Origin: an uncultured Verrucomicrobiae bacterium
GTDB lineage: Bacteria > Verrucomicrobiota > Verrucomicrobiia > Limisphaerales > Palsa-1400
DNA length: 64,000 nt
NCBI GenBank assembly: GCA_963764165.1
Contig: CAVXRD010000001.1
Location: 448,001-512,000 of the forward strand
Direction: 5' to 3'
Shown here: positions 36,901-45,365 of the stretch, piece after piece
Numbering within the stretch: the stretch's first letter is position 1
How the letters are laid out: each line of letters starts with the position of its first letter
Made by a program: the position numbers and the translations under genes
The notes under the pieces: generated by a model
Told to the model about the DNA's origin: nothing
Database searches by the model: none
What the model saw: the letters and a program-made list of their open reading frames with translations, nothing else

Positions 36901-38698
36901 AAGCCGCAATCGGCGAGCCTTGATTATTTGTGACACCCACTGGCTGGACTCGAATGTAGGGCGGCACTTCAGCCGTATTGAACAGGGACTGAATTTCAGC
37001 CGCAGTCAGCGCATTTGTCCAGAAAGCCACGTGAGCCACCTGGCCGTCGAAATCACGGATAGTGTTGGCGGAACCCCAGCTTGCGTAAGTGTATTCCGAA
37101 TCCCCGCCCAGCAGTAGATCATTGACATTTCCGGCGATTTTAATGCCGTTTGTGTTCGAGGCTGTGACAGCCAGCGCCCCGTCAAGATACATATACTCGT
37201 TGGTGCCATCGCTCACACCAGCAACCATGTGCCAGTGGCCGTCATTAAAAGCCCAGCCGTTCGTGGCAACGGCAGCCGCGGTCGTGAACTGCAACTCGGG
37301 CCCCGGCCCTGGATTAAAGTGGTTTTCCGCCGCGACTTGCCCCAGCGCAAGCCGGTACGAGCTGTCGCCGTGCCCCACCATCTCTTGGAAGCGCCCAGGC
37401 GCATCGGCAATATTGCCTCGGAACCATGTGACAAGTGTCAATGGAACCGCATTGGAAGGGTTCAGGGCCGCGGGCAAACTGCCGCCTCCCACGTCCACCG
37501 CCCCAAACCAGCCGTTGATGGCGACGCTGGTGCTGGAACCGCCAAAGCCGCCGTAACCGGGACCCGCCGCGCCAGGGCTGGTGCCCGGCTGATACACGCC
37601 GTTCGCCGCCGCGCCGATCGTTCCGTAGTTTGTAGCCGCGGGAAACGTGCGGGCGGGATAGCCGGCGTTAGTTTGATAAACGGGATCGTTTAACCGATAG
37701 TAAAAGCCGGGATTATCCGCCAGAACGGACGCTGGGTAGTTTGCTCCAAACGTGGAATTTGTGCCGTAAGCCGTTTGATAGTGGTTTAGAATGCTGCTCT
37801 GTGGCAATACTTCGTTGTAGATGGCGACATCGCCTATCGTCCCCTTGAATCCGTTGCCATAGGAGGCGGAAGGTTCGCTGCCAGAACCGATCATCAGCGG
37901 CGTGCTGGGATCCGGGACAAATGGCTTGCCGTCCTTGCTTATGATGTTCAGAGTGCTTACCAGGTTGCCGTTCGTGTATAACGCTTCGGTGGTGCCATCA
38001 AAGGTCGCAACAACATGGATCCACTCGTTTAGCCCCACCCAGCCGTAAGTGTGGCTTGAGTCCAGTTCATGACCCTTGCTTTCGGCGTTGGTTCCATTGC
38101 ATATGAAAAAGAAGTAGTTTTGATAGCTTCCGAGCTCAACGCCGGACCACCCAAGCCCAGTGCCGCCGTAGAACGGATTGTTTGTGTTCGGGCCCCCGTA
38201 ATTCACCGTCGAAAAACCGCCCTGCCCAACGATATCGAACAGGCCGTTGTTCGTGCTGGCGAACTTCACCCATGCCTCTATTGAGAATGGCGGGGTCAGC
38301 GTCAAATTTGTGTTGATCGCGCCATTCGCCGTGCGAGGCACAATAACGTACTGCCCCGGCTGACCGGCGCATACCATGCCGACGCTATTATCGAACGGCG
38401 CAGTGACAGCGGGCGCCTGCGCAATGTTATTCGTAATATACCACGTCGTGCCGGACGGTTGGTACCAGGCGCCGTAATAACCGTTCGCCTGCCCGCCAAG
38501 AGTTCCGAGATTGACAGCGATATTGCTGAACGCAAAAGCAGACGGCGGAGGAACCGTTTCGTTTAAGGGCCAGTAACCAGCCGGACTCAAATTCGTTACT
38601 GCCTGAAAGTAGGGACTCGAAGGCTGGGCTTGGGCTGCCGAATTAACGGCCAGCGCCGCAATGATGGCGGCGGAACGGGTGAGCGTGTTTCTTGGCAT
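33935..38698 (-). CDS. Very large secreted LamG (concanavalin-like)/Ig/DUF2341 multidomain surface protein
   Basis: Signal peptide; four LamG-like domains (FSIEAWVK, WHMVAGV, WHHVVGV, WHLLAT); Ig domains (ISYQWY, LSYSWF, FSYQWY); GSDLRFTDA DUF2341; ends HFYRLQGK. Confidence 0.92.
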   Translation of the reverse strand: MPRNTLTRSAAIIAALAVNSAAQAQPSSPYFQAVTNLSPAGYWPLNETVPPPSAFAFSNIAVNLGTLGGQANGYYGAWYQPSGTTWYITNNIAQAPAVTAPFDNSVGMVCAGQPGQYVIVPRTANGAINTNLTLTPPFSIEAWVKFASTNNGLFDIVGQGGFSTVNYGGPNTNNPFYGGTGLGWSGVELGSYQNYFFFICNGTNAESKGHELDSSHTYGWVGLNEWIHVVATFDGTTEALYTNGNLVSTLNIISKDGKPFVPDPSTPLMIGSGSEPSASYGNGFKGTIGDVAIYNEVLPQSSILNHYQTAYGTNSTFGANYPASVLADNPGFYYRLNDPVYQTNAGYPARTFPAATNYGTIGAAANGVYQPGTSPGAAGPGYGGFGGSSTSVAINGWFGAVDVGGGSLPAALNPSNAVPLTLVTWFRGNIADAPGRFQEMVGHGDSSYRLALGQVAAENHFNPGPGPELQFTTAAAVATNGWAFNDGHWHMVAGVSDGTNEYMYLDGALAVTASNTNGIKIAGNVNDLLLGGDSEYTYASWGSANTIRDFDGQVAHVAFWTNALTAAEIQSLFNTAEVPPYIRVQPVGVTNNQGSPIAASGIVGGSQPISYQWYQEAPGSSSFVPVSGQTNAILSYSSVLTNASGSWYFVAANGFGAPATSSVVQVYIYGAPTFVNESQANIMVYAGSSPSLTIGAVGAVPIAYSWTSNGVVVSTNGTYRITNVQAGATYVGTASNVAGSTSTGPITVTILPDPTAPYPVAVLEDGPMAFWRLDESSGDTAFDYVGGYNGIYTNVALADAAPYDTTTDPTEGAAPVFGIVSANNSYVGWVPTNVNFAAPTNVSAEFSVECWLQAYGVSSDSGIISIGYGNGGEEFALDCGGSDPAHDLRFYVRDAGGTSESATSTFAPQTDGEWHHVVGVCDEANGHVHIYIDGTNAGTGNIPVKSGVLTSTQPLTIGARQESLGSQYDNQFFGAIDEVAVYNYALTPAQVQNHYFASGVAPIIESLTPQNETTNVGSTAEFTVVATGTAPLSYSWFDPNNNLVSTNPTLVISNVQASSQGQYTITVSNAYGTVSDYPYLSVALGPPQIVQDISPLQQTVELYSGLDSITFAVIVSGTAPFSYQWYADGNAVAGATNSSYTFTALAGTNSYYVTITNSATASQANGVPAVSSTATVIGVPVPQLTPSSYAYRVRIGFPGYTGQPLTNFPALITLNPSEIPGFSYSQLATNGSDLRFTDASGTGVLPFEIDEWNNNGISTIWVRVPVLNGTNIWAYWGKSNDTDESPGSTNVWLNADYEVVYHLKESGFPYADSTGQYPATNGVAPVQATGIVGHGEDFNGTSDFITPGVVTLSNQFTTYAWVYLSATAANIQTVWANAHGGYGNNGFSLFVNTYNTSDGAVHFDSGNGAGGGADPFSAAGTVPVAQWHLLATTWDQVNSIAELYVDGVYNDKGAAVPTFGLTNQLNLGAFLDPVFYFNGTIDEARVQSGIASSNWIATTYLNMYESSFLSYSSVNLQPTLTIAPYAGGYEFTWPTGDGAFTLETTTSLAAPASWTPVTNTTAIMTNGVWQQTVPAAAGSHFYRLQGK

Positions 38699-38772
38699 AG
38701 TGTTTGAACGTGTTGACTAAAATGCTTAATTGTATTGACACTGAGTGATTGATTCCTCTTATGACAGCTAAC

Positions 38773-38799
38773 CTATACGATTCGATATTAAGGGTGACA
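38773..38799 (-). promoter_or_regulatory. Candidate ECF-sigma promoter, copy 3
   Basis: TGTCAC-ccttaatatcgaatcg(16)-TATAG upstream of the ATG at 38698. Confidence 0.6.
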
Positions 38800-39065
38800 A
38801 GTTAAAATAGCCGCCTGGAATTCGATTTAACCTCACCGACACAATTACCGGCATATTCCTGGCAGATGTCGTCATATAAGCTATTCCCGGGCAGCAAAGA
38901 CAATTCGTCTCAACAATACCCTGCCCGGGCATTTCTTTGCTGTGGTGCCGGAAAATCTCGCAGGTCGGGCGGGAAAAGTCCATTATATTCTTGCCTGACT
39001 CACCCTGTTTGCAGCCTAAGACTTCCCCTTACGAAGGCCTCAAGGAATTTACGAGTGGAAACAAA

Positions 39066-39228
39066 ATAAAATCCTCCGCGTCATGCGGCCATGGGCCTTG
39101 GCGGCGAATGAAAACGCAAACCAGACGCTAATATTTTTGCAGAGCTGTTCCAGCGCGGCGGCTGCTTGCGTATCGCCCTTCCCCGCGGCCAGCACCGTCG
39201 TCCAATGCGTGGTGGTGAAAAGAGAAGC
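39066..39228 (-). pseudogene. Decayed N-terminal part of a second ECF sigma gene paralogous to 47152..47913
   Basis: ASLFTTTHWTTVLAAGKGDTQAAAALEQLCK / frameshift / Y*RLVCVFIRRQGPWPHDAEDF aligns with AFSTTLWTVVL...ALEHLCRIYWRPVYAFIRRRGASPHDAEDL. Confidence 0.85.
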
Positions 39229-39497
39229 TTCACTAGCCGGCGCGGATAGCTCCGGCCCATCTGCGCTCTTCCGCGAAAGGTCGTTGGTTTTTAAAGCGGC
39301 TGCCGGGGTAAACAAAACTGCCCCCTGTGGTCAGCCATTTTCAAAGCACGTTCCATCGCGCGGAAAACGAAGCCGGCCTCTTTTCCATAGCTCCTGAGTT
39401 ATCGATCAAATTATCCGCCTTTTCGCGGGGTCATTAGCCTGCACCTGCGGCCAAAGCAGTTCGCAAATGTCCTCAGCCGTGACAATCCCGTTGAGAC

Positions 39498-39647
39498 GGG
39501 TAGTGCGACCGTCTCGGTCGCCTCCAGTCGGCGCCCCGCCGACTGGCTCTGGCGGAAAATGTGGATTCACCTTTCGGTGATCTATCAAAAGCGTAAGGTG
39601 TCTTCGGCGGGACGCCGAAGAAGGCGGTCGAGACGACCGCGCTCCCC
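39498..39647. repeat. Composite palindromic REP/MITE-like element
   Basis: Ends GGGTAGTGCGACCGTCTCGGTCGC ... GCGGTCGAGACGACCGCGCTCCCC; internal hairpins CCAGTCGGCG-ccc-CGCCGACTGG and CTTCGGCG-gga-CGCCGAAG. Confidence 0.8.
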
Positions 39648-39670
39648 AATTTCAGCTGCATTGTTACGGC

Positions 39671-42600
39671 TCAGGGAGTTGAGAAAAAGTAAAAGCGATC
39701 CGGGTAATTCACAGCGTTCGTGTCAGTGAACTGCCACATGCCGCTGGCATCTATGTTGTTGTTTGTGAAAATCGGCTCCCAAAGGCTGGGTTCCGCCAGA
39801 TTGGTTGTGGCCCACAGGCGGGCGCTGCTGCCTGGCAATCCGGTCAAATTCAGCGTAATGCTTCCGTCGGAGTTCCGCGCAGGGTTGGAGAGCAATGGAG
39901 CGATTAGGGTGAGCGTGGCCACGCCGCTGGTCGCGCTGCCATAAAGATTGGTGACGGTGACCGAATAAATTCCTGCTTGCTGTACGCGAATATTCGGCAG
40001 GGTCAACGTCTCGAGGAACGGCCCTTCCACGGGGTTGGTTTGATTGAAATACCATTGGAATGAGGCCGGATACGGGCTGAGGACGCCAACGTTGAACTGC
40101 ACTGTCCCGCCGACCAGTGCGGTTTGACTCAGCGGCCCGAAGTTCGTAATAACCGGGTAGCAATTTGTCAGGACTTGGACTGTTGTTGTTTGGACGTAAG
40201 GAGAGCCGGGATTAGCGCCGGATGCCGTGGACCCAGTGTAATTATTGACGGAAACGGTAACGGTGTATGTGCCAGCCTCGCCGTATTGCTTTTCGAATAT
40301 AGTTTCGGGCTGGGTGAAAATCGAAGGCGTCGTTCCGTCGCCCCAGTCGACCGTCCCGCTCGCTGAGGTGACCGTGACCACGCCGGGATTGGGATTTACC
40401 ACCACGTCGAATGTCATCGGTTCGCCCGTGCAACCCAGATTGTTGAACGTCGCCGGAACGAAGTAAGATTGGTTGATCGTCGCCGTAGCGGCGCCGGTGG
40501 TTGTGGTTGAATGGCCGTCGAAACTGCCGCCTCCAACGAGCGGAAAGGTTCCCGAGCCGCCGGCAAGGGCGTAGCCAAAGGTGCGCGCGTGATTGTCAAA
40601 ATACGGTCCCCATTGGATGGCGCCGGTCGCTCCATTCCATAATCCGTCCGCGGAAATGGCGGTTGGCATTACGCCCGGCGGCAACACCTCGGTAACGGTA
40701 TAACAATTCACACTTCCTTGCGGTGTCGCAGCTATGGCCACAGACGGGAAAAGCGTGCCATTGCCTGACACGGTTCTGGCCAGCGAGAGCGAATTGGTGG
40801 ATAGGGCCGCATACTCTCCCACGGCGGACGAACTGGGCAGATAACCGGGCCGGAATGCCGCCACGCGCAACGTCGTTTGGGTGTAAAAGGTCAGAGCACT
40901 GGTGTAGAGCGCGCTGGTTTTCGTGGGCACCGTGCCGTCCGTTGTATAATAGATTGCGGCCTCGGGATCAGGCGATGAGATCGTCACCGTCACTGGGAGG
41001 TTGGATGCGGTGGGGGGTAAAAGAATCGGGACGGTTTCTTGCGAGGGCGCGGCGGGCACCGTGTAAGATGAGGAGGATGCAACGGTGACATTCATGATCG
41101 ACTGGCTGCTGACGCCGTCGGCGCTCAGCGTCAATTGCACCGGATAAGTTCCCGGCAGGCCCGTTCCTTGGAAACTGAGACTTTGCCCGTTGACGCCAAA
41201 GAATGGCCCCCAATAGATCGCGTTGTCGCCAGCCACGTAGCTGCCGCCGTCCGAAATGCTGGTCGCGCCCAGGCCTGCGGGCAATGTCGCCGTTACTGCA
41301 ACACAGCTCGCATTGGTCGCCGGAACAAGCCCAAGAGTCACCATTGGCGCCAACGGATTGCTGAAATTCACGCTTGCGGTGAGCGTGGCGTCGGGCGGCG
41401 CGGCTGGCGGCCCGTAAACCGCGACGCTGGCCGAACTAGGGAGGCAGTTGCTGGCAAAAGCGACCGCCCGAATCAGGCTGGCCACTGTGATCGGAAAGGG
41501 CTCGGCATAAAGGAAAGAGTTTGGCGAGCCTTGCGCGGGCAACGATCCATCCAGCGTAAAATAAATCGCGGCATTGGGTGTGGCATCGGTGATTGTGACC
41601 ACGACCGGCACATTGCTGCCGCTGCCAGGGGAAAAGACGGGCGGACTGGCCTGCGTCGGCGGCGTGGACACGCTGTTGGTTGCCTCGGCGGCAATGGTTA
41701 CGTTGGTAATGAGTTGCTCCGAACCAACGCCATCCACACTCCACGAGAATTGGACCGGGTAAGTTCCCGGCGCGCCGACCGCCTGATAACTCAACACCTG
41801 CGCGTTGGTCCCGAAAAATGGACCCCACAAAATAGCGCTGCCGTAAAGACTCCCTCCGCCAGAAATGCTCGTGGCTGACAGCCCCGGCGGCAATGTTTCC
41901 GTGACCGCCAGGCAAGCCGCGTTGGTGCCGGGCACCGCCATGATGGTGACGACTGGCGCGACGGATGCATTAGCATTGATTCCAATATCAACTTGCGCAT
42001 TCGGGAGCGCCGCCGACGGACCATAAACGGCAACACTGGCGGAACTGGGCAGGTAGTTGCTGGCAAACGCAACTGCGCGAATTAGGATCGGGGCCGTTAT
42101 GGAAACGGGATTGGTGTAGAGGATCGAGGCTGGGGAGCTTTGCGTGGGCAACGTGCCGTCCAGCGTGTAATAGATAATAGCATTGGTCACCGCGTTGGTG
42201 ATCGAAACTAGGACTGGAACATTGGAGCCGCTGCCAGGCGTGAAAACCGGCAAGGGCAGCTGCAATGGCGCTGAGGGCGCGGTGATAGGCCCCGTGGTTT
42301 CGAGAATGGTGACCAGAGTTGGGCCCGGAGAAAAGTACCAGGCGCCATCCATCCATGCTCCTCCGCTGACGGGATAACTGGCTGGCAAGCCCTTCAGGCG
42401 GTAGCTGACATTGGTGGCGGCAGTGCTGAAATAGGGCCCCCAACGAATGGCGTTGATAGCCGGCAGCCAAACGCCATCGCCGCTGACGGCGACGGCGGTG
42501 GCGGGAGCGGGAATGGTCTCTTCAATGCTAAAACACGAAACGCCCGCAACCCCCGAAACAGCAATTGTCACCAGCGGTTCGTTGGGAATGTCACTGACGA

Positions 42601-42700
42601 AGGAACGCACGTAGGAAGCCGGAGGGACATTCGTCTGCGCCGAGGCGGCCAGCGCGCTGAAGAGCGCGAGGCATAACGTGGACAGTGTGAATGTTTTCAC
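39671..42700 (-). CDS. Secreted repeat protein: 4 WGP(Y/F)F beta-rich domains alternating with 3 CHB_HEX_C/Fn3-associated domains, then PKD-like, Ig and C-terminal FYF domain
   Basis: GTG start with RBS GAGGAG; signal peptide; IYYTLDGTLP, IYFTLDGSLP, IYYTTDGTVP; VDWGDG; WGP motifs spaced 615/615/600 nt. Confidence 0.9.
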   Translation of the reverse strand: MKTFTLSTLCLALFSALAASAQTNVPPASYVRSFVSDIPNEPLVTIAVSGVAGVSCFSIEETIPAPATAVAVSGDGVWLPAINAIRWGPYFSTAATNVSYRLKGLPASYPVSGGAWMDGAWYFSPGPTLVTILETTGPITAPSAPLQLPLPVFTPGSGSNVPVLVSITNAVTNAIIYYTLDGTLPTQSSPASILYTNPVSITAPILIRAVAFASNYLPSSASVAVYGPSAALPNAQVDIGINANASVAPVVTIMAVPGTNAACLAVTETLPPGLSATSISGGGSLYGSAILWGPFFGTNAQVLSYQAVGAPGTYPVQFSWSVDGVGSEQLITNVTIAAEATNSVSTPPTQASPPVFSPGSGSNVPVVVTITDATPNAAIYFTLDGSLPAQGSPNSFLYAEPFPITVASLIRAVAFASNCLPSSASVAVYGPPAAPPDATLTASVNFSNPLAPMVTLGLVPATNASCVAVTATLPAGLGATSISDGGSYVAGDNAIYWGPFFGVNGQSLSFQGTGLPGTYPVQLTLSADGVSSQSIMNVTVASSSSYTVPAAPSQETVPILLPPTASNLPVTVTISSPDPEAAIYYTTDGTVPTKTSALYTSALTFYTQTTLRVAAFRPGYLPSSSAVGEYAALSTNSLSLARTVSGNGTLFPSVAIAATPQGSVNCYTVTEVLPPGVMPTAISADGLWNGATGAIQWGPYFDNHARTFGYALAGGSGTFPLVGGGSFDGHSTTTTGAATATINQSYFVPATFNNLGCTGEPMTFDVVVNPNPGVVTVTSASGTVDWGDGTTPSIFTQPETIFEKQYGEAGTYTVTVSVNNYTGSTASGANPGSPYVQTTTVQVLTNCYPVITNFGPLSQTALVGGTVQFNVGVLSPYPASFQWYFNQTNPVEGPFLETLTLPNIRVQQAGIYSVTVTNLYGSATSGVATLTLIAPLLSNPARNSDGSITLNLTGLPGSSARLWATTNLAEPSLWEPIFTNNNIDASGMWQFTDTNAVNYPDRFYFFSTP

Positions 42701-42733
42701 CAGAGATCCTCCTCGTAAGAAGGTTGGAGGTTC

Positions 42734-45217
42734 TTAAGGTTGGATCTTCCAATTCACGGGACGGGTGCTGCCGTCGTTGTAATAGGCGCCCCCGTTCGTC
42801 ATCAGGAAACCAGCTCGTGTCACATAATTTGCCGGGATGGGATTCGGCGGCGCGTTGCTCCAGCCCTGGCCGCTTTTCCATGCGGCGGCGTAAGCGGCGA
42901 ATTCGCCCGCCGTGATGGTCCACGCCTGGTTGGTGTCCGCCGGATGAAACACATTGGTGGTCAATTCGTAGCAGCCCATGTCTACTGAGGCGTTGGCTAG
43001 CCGAGGATTGCCGTCAAGGTCGTTCGCGGGCAATGAGGGGGCATTTGCGGTTCCGGCGCCCCAGCAAAGCGATGTGCTCGGAAAATGGAAATCTCCGGCC
43101 ACTGGATTGAAGAATTGGGGTGAGACATCCACATTGCTCTGAGCGATGGTCCAAACCCCATACGAACTGTCGTAGTCGTTGCATTCCAGTTCGCTGGGCG
43201 AGCCGCCGCCTGTGAGATAAACGTCAGACCCCGCCCCGCTGGCGGACGAATTGCCCCAGATGATGTTATTGAAAACGTAAAACGCCTGCGTGCCGCTAGT
43301 TTGGGTGTTCTGGATGGCGAGCCCGCCGCCGCCGCCGGCGGAGGTGTTGCCGAAGAGGGTGTTGTTGATCACGTAAATCATGGACGACGCTAAGGAAGGC
43401 GCCACATAAATACCGCCTCCTTCGTAACTGGCGCCCGACTGACTATTGTTGACGATCAAGTTATCGGTGATGGTGGCATCGTCGGTATTCGCGTAAATCG
43501 CGCCCCCTCCGTAAGCGGATGAATTCCGTTGAAATGTGTTGCCGATAATGGTTGGCTCTCCCTCATCGACACAAATAGCCCCCCCCGAACCGCCGCAAGT
43601 ATTCCCTGTAAATCTATTGGCGGTGACCAGCAGCGCAGGAACGCCGTAAGCGTAAATGGCCCCGCCTTGGTTATTGCATTGATTTGCGTCAAACGAATTG
43701 TTGGAAATCGTCAACGTCGAGCCAGCCACCTCCAGCGCGCCATGATAAACGCTTGTGTTGCCCGTGAAAGTGTTCCCGCTCACAAGGCCATAATCTGCGC
43801 TAAGCTCTGCCGCACCCGGCGGGGCATAGGATGTGTTCCAAGTCGAATTGTCGAGAAAGGCATTATTTGTCACAAACAATGTCGAGGCGGATGCGCTCAA
43901 TCCGCCACCGTAAATCGAGCTGTTTTCATAAAAAGTGTTGCCCGTTATAACGGCCGTGCCTTGATAGCCCGTCGAGACAGCCGCGCCCCCAGAGTAAGTG
44001 TTCGAGGTAAACAAGTTGCTGATGAGATTGAGCGCAGCGCTGGCGGAGAGATTCGCCCCTTCAGCGTTGGCTGTCAAGACATTATTCATCACGCTAATGA
44101 AACTGGGGCCATTGGCATAGATGCCATAATCGGCATTACTCTGGGCGATCACATTCGATACGGTCAAAATCGCACTGGCGACAACGGCTAAACCGTGCCC
44201 GTAGTTCCCTGAGAAAGTTGAGTTCTCAATGACATTGGTTCCAGTCACTCCGGTGATATAAATTCCGGTTCCATCGTTGCCATTGGGTTGCTTGCCAATG
44301 GCCGTGCAGTTGGAAATCACCGTGTATAACCCCGAGGTGATTTCCAACCCCATCCCTTCGCTATTTGAGAGGACAAGGAATTGGCAGTTGGTCACAGTGA
44401 TCGTTCCGCCGCTGCTGGCGCCGATGCGCAAGGCGCCGATTTGGCTGTTTCCACAATTACGCACGAAGGTCATGCCGGAAACGGTCACGTCGCCCGAGCT
44501 TCCAGTGCAGGTGATATTGAGGTCGCGTCCCCCGGCCGCCCCATCGAGCGTAATGGCGGGATTGGTCACACTCGGCTCCGGCATCAGCGTCAAACTGGTA
44601 TTGGCGGCGCTGTTGTAGTTGAAATTGCCCGTATAATACCCGTTGGCCAGATAAATGGTGTTATTCGCTCCGTTGTTGGCCGCTTCTGTCAGCGCGTTCT
44701 GCAAGTCCTGGGCGGTGACGACGTGAATACCGGTGGACGCCTGCCACGACCCAGAATCGTCATCGTCAATTTGCCCATACACTTCCGTCCAGAACCGATT
44801 GATATGCCCGCTCCCTACAGCAGCGTCCTCGCCTAGCTCGATTACGTAATCGGTTCCTCCGTTGTTGGGCGTGTCGGTGGCTTGCACTAACATGGAGGTG
44901 ATCTGCTGAGAATTCCAGGTGAATTGGCCCGAATAAGTTGCCCACCCGTAGAACGCATCATCGCCAATCTCGGCCGAAGGATAGCTGAGCGTCCCGTTGA
45001 TGGGAGTGGTAACCTGGATGGATATGATGTCCGCGGCTGATCCACCGCCTAGAGGGGAGACTGGCGCATCGAGAATGATTTTGCCGGAGAATCCAGGCTT
45101 GCCGCCGACCCAGTCATATTCGTAGTTGCCGCCCAGCACAGGAAGGGAAGCACCAACCAGCAAAACTCCCATGGTCACTGCATGAGTTTTCCAGCGGGAA
45201 CAGGTCAATGGTTTCAT
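42734..45217 (-). CDS. Secreted right-handed parallel beta-helix protein with choice-of-anchor-Q-like segment and EF-hand/dockerin-like tail
   Basis: Signal peptide; many NTFxxNxxxxGGAI repeats; NNIIWGN...PQFFNPVAGDFH...DLDGNPR...DMGCYE; tail HPADTNQAWTITAGEFAAYAAAWK. Confidence 0.9.
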   Translation of the reverse strand: MKPLTCSRWKTHAVTMGVLLVGASLPVLGGNYEYDWVGGKPGFSGKIILDAPVSPLGGGSAADIISIQVTTPINGTLSYPSAEIGDDAFYGWATYSGQFTWNSQQITSMLVQATDTPNNGGTDYVIELGEDAAVGSGHINRFWTEVYGQIDDDDSGSWQASTGIHVVTAQDLQNALTEAANNGANNTIYLANGYYTGNFNYNSAANTSLTLMPEPSVTNPAITLDGAAGGRDLNITCTGSSGDVTVSGMTFVRNCGNSQIGALRIGASSGGTITVTNCQFLVLSNSEGMGLEITSGLYTVISNCTAIGKQPNGNDGTGIYITGVTGTNVIENSTFSGNYGHGLAVVASAILTVSNVIAQSNADYGIYANGPSFISVMNNVLTANAEGANLSASAALNLISNLFTSNTYSGGAAVSTGYQGTAVITGNTFYENSSIYGGGLSASASTLFVTNNAFLDNSTWNTSYAPPGAAELSADYGLVSGNTFTGNTSVYHGALEVAGSTLTISNNSFDANQCNNQGGAIYAYGVPALLVTANRFTGNTCGGSGGAICVDEGEPTIIGNTFQRNSSAYGGGAIYANTDDATITDNLIVNNSQSGASYEGGGIYVAPSLASSMIYVINNTLFGNTSAGGGGGLAIQNTQTSGTQAFYVFNNIIWGNSSASGAGSDVYLTGGGSPSELECNDYDSSYGVWTIAQSNVDVSPQFFNPVAGDFHFPSTSLCWGAGTANAPSLPANDLDGNPRLANASVDMGCYELTTNVFHPADTNQAWTITAGEFAAYAAAWKSGQGWSNAPPNPIPANYVTRAGFLMTNGGAYYNDGSTRPVNWKIQP

Positions 45218-45252
45218 AATTCGTTGTTCGTTGAATTTGATCGGTCACTTAC

Positions 45253-45281
45253 TTCTAAAGCGTCAGCTCAACGCAGTTACA
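45253..45281 (-). promoter_or_regulatory. Candidate ECF-sigma promoter, copy 2
   Basis: TGTAAC-tgcgttgagctgacgc(16)-TTTAGAA upstream of the ATG at 45217. Confidence 0.7.
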
Positions 45282-45365
45282 ATTTATTTTGAAACCGGTC
45301 ATTTTTCCCGAGCTTTGGAGAGAATCGGGAGACGACGACTGCGGCGGGGCCGTTGACGCCCTCCA

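Noticed and set aside
39285..39320. TGTTTAC...TTTAAAA upstream of the ECF pseudogene as a fourth promoter copy
   Set aside because: Spacer is shorter than 16 nt and both boxes deviate
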